A stretch of DNA of 32,000 nucleotides from Methylophaga frappieri (lineage in GTDB: Bacteria; Pseudomonadota; Gammaproteobacteria; Nitrosococcales; Methylophagaceae): NCBI RefSeq assembly GCF_000260965.1, contig NC_017856.1:1080001-1112000 (forward strand). The letters run 5' to 3'. Below the pieces are notes generated by a model, which saw nothing but the letters and a program-made list of their open reading frames with translations, had not been told where the DNA came from and did not search any database. Below are positions 24,136-32,000 of this stretch, in pieces (position 1 is the first letter of the stretch; each line of letters starts with the position of its first letter). The translations under genes were made by a program, and so were the position numbers.

Positions 24136-26816
24136 TACAGGCTCGCACCATTTCTGCCAGCGGCTTTAACATCATACAACGCCATATCCGCTTGTTTTAA
24201 ATAATGCGTCATTGCATCGTCGACCGTTGGAATTCCAGCGGTGACACCAATACTTAAGGTTACTTGAACAGCCGTGCCGTCTTCTAATTCTATGGGCTCC
24301 GATACCGATGCGACCAGGTTTTGTGCAACATGTAAGGCAGCATCTGGTGAAGACACCTCATGCAAGACAACCACAAACTCATCGCCTCCCAATCGGGCTA
24401 ACGTGTCGCTTGCCCGCAAAGTGTTGGACATCTTCTCCGCGACCACCTGAATGATCAAATCGCCGGCATCATGGCCATAGTTATCATTAATTGACTTAAA
24501 GTAATCAATATCCACAAACATCAAGGCCAGCACTTGTTTATTGCGCCTTGCCTGTTGAATCGCCATACCAAAATGCTCTTCGTACAAGCGTCGGTTTGGC
24601 AGCCCGGTTAGTGCATCATAAAACGCCATTTTGCGAATATGTGCTTCTTCTTGTTTTCGGGTGGTGATATCTTCAACTTGGGAAACAAAATGTAACACCC
24701 CACCTTGCTCATCATGGACAACAGACACACTGAGCAAAACGTCAATAATTTCGCCCCCCCGACAGAAATAACGCTTTTCAATGTGATAGTGATCTAACTC
24801 TTTATCAAGCAATTTCCTGACAAAATGCTGATCTAAGTCGAGATCCTCAGGATGAGTAATATCCATAAAGGTCAACGCCATCAATTCTGCTTCGGTATAA
24901 CCAAGCATATCGCACAATGCGGGGTTCACCTCCAGCCAGCGGCCTTCAATACTAACCAGTGCCATACCAATCGCTGCCGTATCAAAGGCATTTCGAAACC
25001 GCTCCTCACTTTGACGCAAAGCCAATTCGGTGTCCTTACGCCAGCTGATATCACTGTTTGTCCCAACGGCACGTAATGGCTCGCCATGTTCATCACGTTC
25101 AATCACAATCCCTTTGGCTAAAATCCACTTCCAGCTACCATCACGGCATTTAATACGATGTTCATTCCGATACGCCGGCTGACTGCCATCAAACAAAGCG
25201 GTCAGATCTTTTTGCACTTGAGGCAAGTCATCCGGATGAATGCGGTCTGCCCATTCACTGAAATGCGGGGTAAAATCGTCCGGTGAATAGCCCAGCATCG
25301 TCACCAGTCTTTCTGAATAAATGACACTGTCATCCGTTAACGTCCAATCCCAAACCCCTTCCCCACTCCCTTCAAGTGCAAACTTCCATCGCGCTTCAGT
25401 CTGCTCCAGACGAGATTGGTAAAACCATCTATCTGTAATATCAAAACTGACCCCAACCATACCGGTTGGTTGGCCTGAGTGATTAAATCTCATAACAGCA
25501 TTCAGCTGAATCATGCGTGAGTTGTAGGCATCCAGCTGGAACAGCAATTCAATATTCAAATCAACGCGGTTGTTAATGACATAGTCGATCTCCTGCTCCA
25601 GCCGCGCTCTATCCTGCTCATCAAAAAGGGCGCACCAATCTTGAAATAAGATCTGATGACTTCGGGTACGTTGTAATCCCATCAGCTTTGCCAGATTGCC
25701 ATCCAGCCACATCCTATCTGTCTCAAAATCCCAGTCCCAAATGCCCATTTTGGCGGTTTCGGTTGCCAGCGATAACCGCTGGTTTTGCTCACGAAGTTGC
25801 GCGGTCATATTATTTGCCAGCTTTTCTGCCCGCAACTTACCATTAATCAACAGCCAACTGATGGCCATCAATGCCACAGTAAACAGTAACTCCAATACCA
25901 ACCGAATAATTGGCCAGTTGGTCAGATACTGTGCTCTAAAGGCCATATCGGGTTGGGCAGAAAATTGCCATTGCCGACCGGCAAGCACACTGGTCTCAGT
26001 CAATTGCCAATGATCATCAAAGTCGCCCGTATCAAATAACACATCCCCATTGAGCGGGCTGATATCATTGATTTGTAATCGCGTTAATGAAGGAAAATGC
26101 GCAAGTGTGGCCCGAATAATATCTTCGATGCGAAATACCACATAAACCCAACCGGTATGTTCTCGTTTAGATGCACTGACGGAATCATTGAGTAGACCCA
26201 CATTTTTAAATGTCGGTAGATACATCAACAAACCGGTGACAGACTCACCGGGCAAATCCTGAACCAGTTTAACCCCACCCGACATTGCCGTCGTTAAGGT
26301 ATCGCGTGCTCGCCACATCGCCTCACTTCTCACCGAATTTGAGGCCATGTCATAGCCGAAGGCACGCAAATTTCTCTCTTTAAAAGGTTCGAGATAAATA
26401 ATACTGGAGTATATTTCTCGCTCACCTTCAGGGTAGATTTTGTAATCTGGAAACCCTTGTTTGCGGATCATCGCCTCATGTTCGACGCGCGCTTCTGGTA
26501 GAACCAACTGGCTATATCCCAACCCTAACAATCCGGGGTAAATGGTCTCCAATTGCAGTTTGTCAGCAAACACTTTGAACTCATTACGTGACACATAGTA
26601 ACTTGCTTGAAAAAGCCCTTGAGTCGCCCTCAGCATCTGATCATAGGAGTTGACTTTGTCTGAGATAACCAAGGTAACTTGCTGAAAGATAGTATCAAAA
26701 CGACTTTTGAGCGCGGTTTCAGCTTGAGATTGATTCTGATGGAATTGATTGATGCTGAAAAAGACACCCATGACGAGAATCACTAACGGGATGAATTTGA
26801 ACGCGCGTTCTCTCAT
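24117..26816 (-). CDS. Sensor diguanylate cyclase: TM-CHASE-TM-PAS x3-GGDEF
   Basis: 899 aa. CHASE hallmarks: YLEPFKERNLRAFGYDM, ARDT. There are three PAS/PAC repeats. The active site is RLGGDEF with an RASD I-site. No EAL domain is present. Confidence 0.9.
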   Translation of the reverse strand: MRERAFKFIPLVILVMGVFFSINQFHQNQSQAETALKSRFDTIFQQVTLVISDKVNSYDQMLRATQGLFQASYYVSRNEFKVFADKLQLETIYPGLLGLGYSQLVLPEARVEHEAMIRKQGFPDYKIYPEGEREIYSSIIYLEPFKERNLRAFGYDMASNSVRSEAMWRARDTLTTAMSGGVKLVQDLPGESVTGLLMYLPTFKNVGLLNDSVSASKREHTGWVYVVFRIEDIIRATLAHFPSLTRLQINDISPLNGDVLFDTGDFDDHWQLTETSVLAGRQWQFSAQPDMAFRAQYLTNWPIIRLVLELLFTVALMAISWLLINGKLRAEKLANNMTAQLREQNQRLSLATETAKMGIWDWDFETDRMWLDGNLAKLMGLQRTRSHQILFQDWCALFDEQDRARLEQEIDYVINNRVDLNIELLFQLDAYNSRMIQLNAVMRFNHSGQPTGMVGVSFDITDRWFYQSRLEQTEARWKFALEGSGEGVWDWTLTDDSVIYSERLVTMLGYSPDDFTPHFSEWADRIHPDDLPQVQKDLTALFDGSQPAYRNEHRIKCRDGSWKWILAKGIVIERDEHGEPLRAVGTNSDISWRKDTELALRQSEERFRNAFDTAAIGMALVSIEGRWLEVNPALCDMLGYTEAELMALTFMDITHPEDLDLDQHFVRKLLDKELDHYHIEKRYFCRGGEIIDVLLSVSVVHDEQGGVLHFVSQVEDITTRKQEEAHIRKMAFYDALTGLPNRRLYEEHFGMAIQQARRNKQVLALMFVDIDYFKSINDNYGHDAGDLIIQVVAEKMSNTLRASDTLARLGGDEFVVVLHEVSSPDAALHVAQNLVASVSEPIELEDGTAVQVTLSIGVTAGIPTVDDAMTHYLKQADMALYDVKAAGRNGASLYQASGA

Positions 26817-27037
26817 GACAGACGATAACTCGGTTTATTTTTCACATCGGGCCTTAAAAACAGTTTCGTCATAGTCGTCAGATGACGCTGAAGACTTACA
26901 CTCGGTGTAAGCATTGTTATGGCAGAAGTGGCGATGGGTCAAGCTTGGTCTCGCATATTGAGAAGTAACACGCATTTTTGCCACCTGCGTGAACAAGTCA
27001 GTTTCAAACAAAACGCATCAATAATGAATAACTGACC

Positions 27038-28024
27038 TTATTGTGCTTCCATTTTGATATTGAATAGCTGCGTGACAACTTGAGGGGTAATAACGCTAGT
27101 CATCATCGTCATCATGATGCTGTTCCCCCCGGGATGCGTTGATGCCACATCAACCTGCAGATAGGGTTGTGGGCTATCTATGGAAACCGCCAGCTTATCC
27201 GCGACCGTTTGTTTAAGATCGGCTGGTAAATAGCGCCAGGTGTCGACTGATTGCTGCGCCTGCTGCTTTAACTGTGTGCGAAAATCCGGTTCCGTCATAT
27301 TTTCACGTGCCGCCGCGGAACGCACTAATGGTTCCCATGCGCCTTGATCCTGAAGCGTCAACTCAGAGTGGATCAAATTGAGCTGTGTCCACGCCAGTGC
27401 CAGTGCTGCGTGATTTTCCGGTTTCCCCAGTAAAATCAATTGTTGCCGCAAGTCGGGCACATTACTGAAATGGCCTTTCCAGCGAAAATCAGCCATAGAA
27501 CGGCTACGACTATCGGCAGGATGATGAAACTGGCCTTCCATCTCCAACTGCAATTGCGATCGCGCTGCCAGATAATTCACCGTCAGTGTTTGCTGGTGTC
27601 CGATACGGCCGCTATTAATGCCCAGTGCTTGCAGGTAATAATTCAGTACATTTAACCGGTTTTGCTGATCAGTTAGTCGAATCAGTGTTACCACCGCATC
27701 ATCAATATCGACCTGAAATGATTCGACAAAATCGCGCTCTTTATTTAACTCAATATTTTTTAGGGTAATAGCTTCAATCGCATGGGCGCGTCCGGCTTTA
27801 TCACGAATACGAATATTGTCGACCTCGACACTGCGCGCGCTTGGTGAGGTTTTGACTTCGCCGACTTCAACCTGAATACCAGACTGATTCAGCTTGGTGA
27901 CCAGCGCTTCAACCATCCCCCTAGCCACATCATCGGCACGTTGCGCAGCCCAAGCATGAACACTGAAAACGCCCACCATGAGTAAACTAGCGGCAACCAG
28001 AAAACGCGAACGAAACAAGGACAC
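27038..28024 (-). CDS. Secreted hypothetical protein (third gene of the unknown cluster)
   Basis: 328 aa. The GTG start lies behind GGAG. The signal peptide ends HAWA-AQ. I recognise no family. Confidence 0.6.
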   Translation of the reverse strand: MSLFRSRFLVAASLLMVGVFSVHAWAAQRADDVARGMVEALVTKLNQSGIQVEVGEVKTSPSARSVEVDNIRIRDKAGRAHAIEAITLKNIELNKERDFVESFQVDIDDAVVTLIRLTDQQNRLNVLNYYLQALGINSGRIGHQQTLTVNYLAARSQLQLEMEGQFHHPADSRSRSMADFRWKGHFSNVPDLRQQLILLGKPENHAALALAWTQLNLIHSELTLQDQGAWEPLVRSAAARENMTEPDFRTQLKQQAQQSVDTWRYLPADLKQTVADKLAVSIDSPQPYLQVDVASTHPGGNSIMMTMMTSVITPQVVTQLFNIKMEAQ

Positions 28025-28148
28025 AGACGAACTCCGAAAATTAAATTTGGCATAGTATGACGCAGTCCGTTAAAACTGCGAAAAAATCTTATAAAAACCG
28101 ATATTTAGACGCCACTTTTCCAGTGGTGTTCCCACTACTGACCATACC

Positions 28149-30818
28149 TTATTGGCGGAATTGTTCCAGCAACTGCAAACGCTGTGGCTCAGGCAAAGCC
28201 CGGAAGGTTGCAATATTTGCCTCGCGTATGGCGTCAGGCAAATTTTTGGCTTTCAGTAACGCATCCAGTTCAGCCGCCTGTGCGGCCAGTGTCTTGTCAC
28301 CAGCGGTTTCTGATGCCGGCGATGGACAGGTTTGCCACGCTGTTTGGCATTGCGACTGACATGCAGTTTGTGCACTTTCCTGCTGATGCACAGCACAATC
28401 ACAACGACAATGAGGCGTCGTAACCGCTGATGTTGACTCAGTCTGATTGCCACATCCTGACTTAAAGCCCATCGCACTCAGCTCCGCGTCCGTTATCCCG
28501 GCAGCACATAAATCGGCAGGTGGTGCCGACATATTTTCAATAATCGCCTGAATGGGGGCGGCACCAAAAGGCGTTGTTTTCAGGGTATTTTGTATCAACG
28601 CCTGTCGCGTTGATTGTTCATCCACCTGAAAGTCATCATCACCACGCCACGGACTGGGTATCAAAAATTCCCCGCGAATTTGGGTTGCCACGAGTGGTGC
28701 TTCATCTGGCCCGGGGTTTGCTTCATCAATCAAATCGGCTTCGAATGTTCCGCTTAGTTGGGTCGGGCTGTAGGTTTTAATATGCACGCGCCCATTAGGT
28801 GGCTGATGATAGGTTCGATTGCCATCACGCACTGTCGGACCATAAGCTCGATATTGATAGTGGCTATCGTTAGCTTTGGCAACGATCAACTCGGCATTAT
28901 CAAATTGCCCACTAAAACCATAATCAATTTTTGGCACAGCAATCCGGATTTTTCTGCCATCAATCGCCGCTATTTCCTGATCCAGAATCGCGCTGACTTG
29001 GCGGATTTCATCAAGATTATTAGGGTTTACGCCAAGAAAACTTTGCGGCGACTCAAAGCTATCTGCGGCAAGCATAGCGCGTTGTGCCGGAAACCCGACT
29101 ACCTGCAGATCAATCAACAATTGTGCATCACACAAATTCAGCTGTTTTTGGGTCAGGTTGCACTCGGTTGGATCAGCATAGTTTTTCCGGTTCGCTTTGC
29201 CGACCGGTGACAACTGCATCGCTGGATCACGTAAGGCATCTGCCTGTTTCTTTTCCGCCAATTTTTTACGCGTGGGTTTGGTTGGGTTCGGTTTGCCCGA
29301 GGAGGCAGGCGGTGTCATTTGTTGCGGCCCATAAATGCCCGGCAACACGGGGCCTACCTCGCCCCCACCCAGCGTAAATCGATAATTACCCGCCATAATC
29401 TGAAAGTCTGGCGTGACAGACTGACTGCGTTCCGGCTCACTAGCCATATTGGCCACAACAAACGTCATTCGCGTATTTTTCAAGGCGGGAAAGGTCCAAG
29501 AGGCAACGACTTGAACCGCATAATCTTCGCTACGACTCGAAAGAATCGGGGCGCTTAGAAATGAACCATCCTGCATACCAATACGCAACTGCTGCATGGC
29601 CTTGACATCAGTCCCTACCAATTCAATTTTAATCGCCGACTGATTGGTGTTCGGATCAACCATGATAAAAAAACATGCTGCCCCGTTTTCCTTGATAACA
29701 ATTTGATGTTGCAGTGAATCAAAGTCACTGACATGCCCCACAAATGGACATCGGCCAAATAGCCGTTTCAACCACCGCGGCTCCCACTCTGTCGGGTCTG
29801 GAATAAAACTTAACTGCCCGACACGCGTATGAAGAATTTCTGCGAAGGTCGTGACAAAACCTGAGTAAGCTGTTGCCAGATTAGTCCGAATATGCGGATA
29901 CGTTCGCATCCAGCGATTCAGCCATTTGATTTCATTGTCTGGGGTGAGTTTGTCTGTATAAGGGGTATTTAACAGATCGGCAAGATAACGATAATCTTCA
30001 TCCGCTGGCGCTGCCCCCGGATGTACTATGCCTTGACGCGAAGCAGCCGACACCTCTGCCAAATAACGCCAGAAAGAGCTCGTCAAATACCCACCTAACG
30101 CATCTTCTGGCTTGTTTAGCGGCGTGTTGTAGCCGCGAGCACCATACAATTTTATCGTCTGAATATTACGACGCTCCAACTTAAACTGTGTCTTTCTCAG
30201 TTTATTGCTGGCAAAGTAAGCCACCGCGTCCGCTGTTCCCTCACTAATCCAATCGCTTAACCCGCATTGAGTATGAGAATCTGAAGCTCTTTGCACAGCA
30301 TGGAACAATTCATGAGCCAGCGTCTGATAAGCCGCATCGGACACCTGCTTGCCTTTATATCGGTTAAAGGTATTGATATTCAACACTTTCCGCGAGGTAA
30401 CAGGCATCGCACATGGCTTGCCAGAGCTGTACCAGCCACCCGGACCATTTTCAGTAGGATAAACGTAGACTCGGATAACTTTTCTGCCATTTTTGCCGAT
30501 CACCACTGAGTCAATCGCCCCTTTGGCGACCGGGTCAGCAAAACCCAACTTTGCGTATAACTTGGCAGTCTGACCTAAAAATTCTTCAATATCCTGAATC
30601 ATTTCATCAGATAAGGCAGGCTGAATCGACGCGCTTTCTTCAGCGATCCAGTCATGTTCATCTACCGGCGCATCACCATACAGTTCAAACTCAGTCACTT
30701 GCCAGGTTTGACCATAAGCCGGTGCTGGCAACACTGCTTGCCACAGCATTAAAACAAACCCTAGTGTCAGAACCACGTAGGGGTGAACGCTTCGCAAGCA
30801 GCTTGCTTGAGTCGTCAT
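28149..30818 (-). CDS. Large secreted HExxH protein (MA-clan / Peptidase_MA_2-like gluzincin domain) with a Pro/Lys linker and Cys-rich C-terminus
   Basis: 889 aa from the ATG at 30818, which forms an ATGA overlap with the upstream gene. The signal peptide ends PAYG-Q. HELFHAVQ is followed 19 aa later by WISEGTADAV, a candidate third zinc ligand Glu. Confidence 0.7.
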   Translation of the reverse strand: MTTQASCLRSVHPYVVLTLGFVLMLWQAVLPAPAYGQTWQVTEFELYGDAPVDEHDWIAEESASIQPALSDEMIQDIEEFLGQTAKLYAKLGFADPVAKGAIDSVVIGKNGRKVIRVYVYPTENGPGGWYSSGKPCAMPVTSRKVLNINTFNRYKGKQVSDAAYQTLAHELFHAVQRASDSHTQCGLSDWISEGTADAVAYFASNKLRKTQFKLERRNIQTIKLYGARGYNTPLNKPEDALGGYLTSSFWRYLAEVSAASRQGIVHPGAAPADEDYRYLADLLNTPYTDKLTPDNEIKWLNRWMRTYPHIRTNLATAYSGFVTTFAEILHTRVGQLSFIPDPTEWEPRWLKRLFGRCPFVGHVSDFDSLQHQIVIKENGAACFFIMVDPNTNQSAIKIELVGTDVKAMQQLRIGMQDGSFLSAPILSSRSEDYAVQVVASWTFPALKNTRMTFVVANMASEPERSQSVTPDFQIMAGNYRFTLGGGEVGPVLPGIYGPQQMTPPASSGKPNPTKPTRKKLAEKKQADALRDPAMQLSPVGKANRKNYADPTECNLTQKQLNLCDAQLLIDLQVVGFPAQRAMLAADSFESPQSFLGVNPNNLDEIRQVSAILDQEIAAIDGRKIRIAVPKIDYGFSGQFDNAELIVAKANDSHYQYRAYGPTVRDGNRTYHQPPNGRVHIKTYSPTQLSGTFEADLIDEANPGPDEAPLVATQIRGEFLIPSPWRGDDDFQVDEQSTRQALIQNTLKTTPFGAAPIQAIIENMSAPPADLCAAGITDAELSAMGFKSGCGNQTESTSAVTTPHCRCDCAVHQQESAQTACQSQCQTAWQTCPSPASETAGDKTLAAQAAELDALLKAKNLPDAIREANIATFRALPEPQRLQLLEQFRQ

Positions 30819-31564
30819 TGCAACGGTGCTGGCAAGCAATCAGCGTAATCTGACGGCAAATCACCTACCCGTACCAGAGGGTTGGCAATACCCTCAATAT
30901 CATGCGTAAAAGCAACCGCCTGCTGTTGCGGGTTTAATTCAAACGCCACCGCAAAATCGGTAAAGCTATCTGAATAGGTGAACACGGTATCGGTAGCACT
31001 GCGCATTCGCCATGGGGCAAGATCAGCCCATATCGGTGACATAGCTAGCAACCCATCACACGTTTTGCCAACAAATATACTTTTGGCTGGCGGGTCTCCG
31101 GCTTTGGCGTATAAGCCTGAAAATCGATCCAAGTCTGTCCGAGCCTTGCCTTTTTTCTGTTGATTAATCGCCATTGCCTGCTGCGTATCGTCCGCATTGG
31201 CTTGCGTTTCTTGTTTGGTAACAGCCTCATTAATCGCCGCCGAGTGATCCTGATAATCAATCATATTTTCCAACTGCTGTTGATTAAGCTGATCTTGTAA
31301 GACTTGACCATTGATATTGCCAAACACCGAAATAGCCGCCATATCGCCGGTCTGTGCTACCTCCTGCATCAAGACCATCAATTCGGTGGGGTTTGCGTCA
31401 TATTCCGCTTTGTCGGCTGGCCAGATTTGCTCAAACTTTGCGCTGACCGCCTCAATGCCACCCGTGGTGTAAGCAGCGCGAAGTGTCTCTGCCAAAGACA
31501 CTTTATCAGCAGCAATAACCGCCAAGCTCAGACAGATTAAGACACTCCCGATTAAAAGCTTCAT
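30815..31564 (-). CDS. Secreted hypothetical protein (first gene of the unknown cluster)
   Basis: 249 aa from the ATG at 31564, which lies behind a strong GGGAGGTGGGGAGA RBS. The signal peptide is MKLLIGSVLICLSLAVIAA. A Gln-rich linker precedes a C-terminal beta-rich domain. Confidence 0.6.
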   Translation of the reverse strand: MKLLIGSVLICLSLAVIAADKVSLAETLRAAYTTGGIEAVSAKFEQIWPADKAEYDANPTELMVLMQEVAQTGDMAAISVFGNINGQVLQDQLNQQQLENMIDYQDHSAAINEAVTKQETQANADDTQQAMAINQQKKGKARTDLDRFSGLYAKAGDPPAKSIFVGKTCDGLLAMSPIWADLAPWRMRSATDTVFTYSDSFTDFAVAFELNPQQQAVAFTHDIEGIANPLVRVGDLPSDYADCLPAPLQ

Positions 31565-31804
31565 TCTCCCCACCTCCCTGGTTAACCAGTACTGATTGAC
31601 TATGCTTTTCACGCTCAGCGGATGATCACGTTTGCCTGGCAACGAGCATGAAGTTGCAAACAAACTCGTAGAGTGCTTAAGTACATCCTAACCTAAGCAA
31701 CAATGACGATGCCACAAAATAAGATATTTTTAACTTTTTATTCAGTCAGTTACCTTTAACTCTTAAGCCAACGACTCTCACCAGTTTATTAAAGGATCCC
31801 CCTC

Positions 31805-32000
31805 ATGAAACCTTTCTACATTTATACTGGATTCACTTTAGCGCTATTGCTCACAGCTTGTGGCACAGATGAGGACACCACTGCCAACTCAACAAGCAAC
31901 ACGCCGCTGATTCAGTGGTGTATGGAAACAGAAAGCCAAGCTATTTGTGATTGTGCGGATGCGTCGCTGCGAGCGGAAGCCATAAAAAAAGATTATGAAA
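31805..32000 (+). CDS. 5' end of a lipoprotein gene (truncated by the window edge)
   Basis: The ATG lies behind AAGGA. Product: MKPFYIYTGFTLALLLTAC, with a lipobox. The frame is open to the end of the window. Confidence 0.45.
   Translation, partial: MKPFYIYTGFTLALLLTACGTDEDTTANSTSNTPLIQWCMETESQAICDCADASLRAEAIKKDYE

Noticed and set aside
26895-26911. CTTACACtcgGTGTAAG palindrome upstream of the CHASE-GGDEF gene
   Set aside because: It is a single copy with a 3-nt loop and no flanking T-tract or promoter context that I can interpret.
28758-29210. 150-aa plus-strand ORF antisense to the HExxH gene
   Set aside because: It is a shadow ORF. It lacks a start context, and its composition mirrors the sense-strand codons.
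31590-31650. GGCAAAC and GAAAAGC fragments in the leader of the secreted cluster, reminiscent of a c-di-GMP-I (GEMM) riboswitch
   Set aside because: I could not build the two paired helices with tetraloop and receptor. Only a short bulged hairpin (31629-31644) forms. A covariance-model scan would be needed before making any claim.
30819-31663. Upstream alternative starts: TTG at 30839 for the HExxH gene and ATG at 31663 for the 282-aa form of the first cluster gene
   Set aside because: The internal ATGs (30818 and 31564) give an ATGA stop/start overlap and a strong GGAGG RBS respectively. In both cases the signal peptide then sits at the N-terminus.
1-32000. Search for mobile elements, defence systems, CRISPR arrays, tRNA/rRNA genes and long direct or inverted repeats
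   Set aside because: There are no transposase, integrase, Cas, restriction or toxin-like ORFs. No intergenic region exceeds about 310 bp, and by eye I saw no repeat arrays.

Overview
Gene-dense chromosomal segment with about 25 protein genes. I found no rRNA, tRNA, IS element, CRISPR array or phage hallmark. Gene content looks gammaproteobacterial (NasT/ANTAR regulator, sigma54/NtrC-type promoters, ycjXF); this is inference only.

Left arm (1-5.9 kb): a lipoprotein-type truncated haemoglobin, an isochorismatase-family hydrolase plus PQQ alcohol-dehydrogenase operon, a frameshifted TetR gene with two palindromic operators, and a PQQ sugar dehydrogenase fused to a second beta-propeller.

Centre (6.1-20.6 kb, all minus strand): a complete assimilatory nitrate/nitrite regulon, nirB-nirD-nasC-porin, nasT, and nasA. 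The nasA operon continues without a break into a PP2C/Ser-Thr-kinase fusion, an EAL phosphodiesterase, and a GGDEF cyclase whose sensor looks like the NarX/PilJ nitrate-sensing module. Three of these units carry near-identical sigma54 promoters (TGGCATG-N4-NNGC) with NtrC-like dyads at a fixed 93-bp distance.

Right arm (20.6-32 kb): a MarR plus NTF2-like lipoprotein operon divergent from ycjX-ycjF, a CHASE-PAS3-GGDEF sensor, and an uncharacterised three-gene cluster of secreted proteins built around an 889-aa HExxH (MA-clan-like) protein.

The most interesting items are the nitrate-transporter/c-di-GMP hybrid operon, the conserved promoter architecture together with the unexplained site of NasT action, and the secreted metalloprotease-like cluster.
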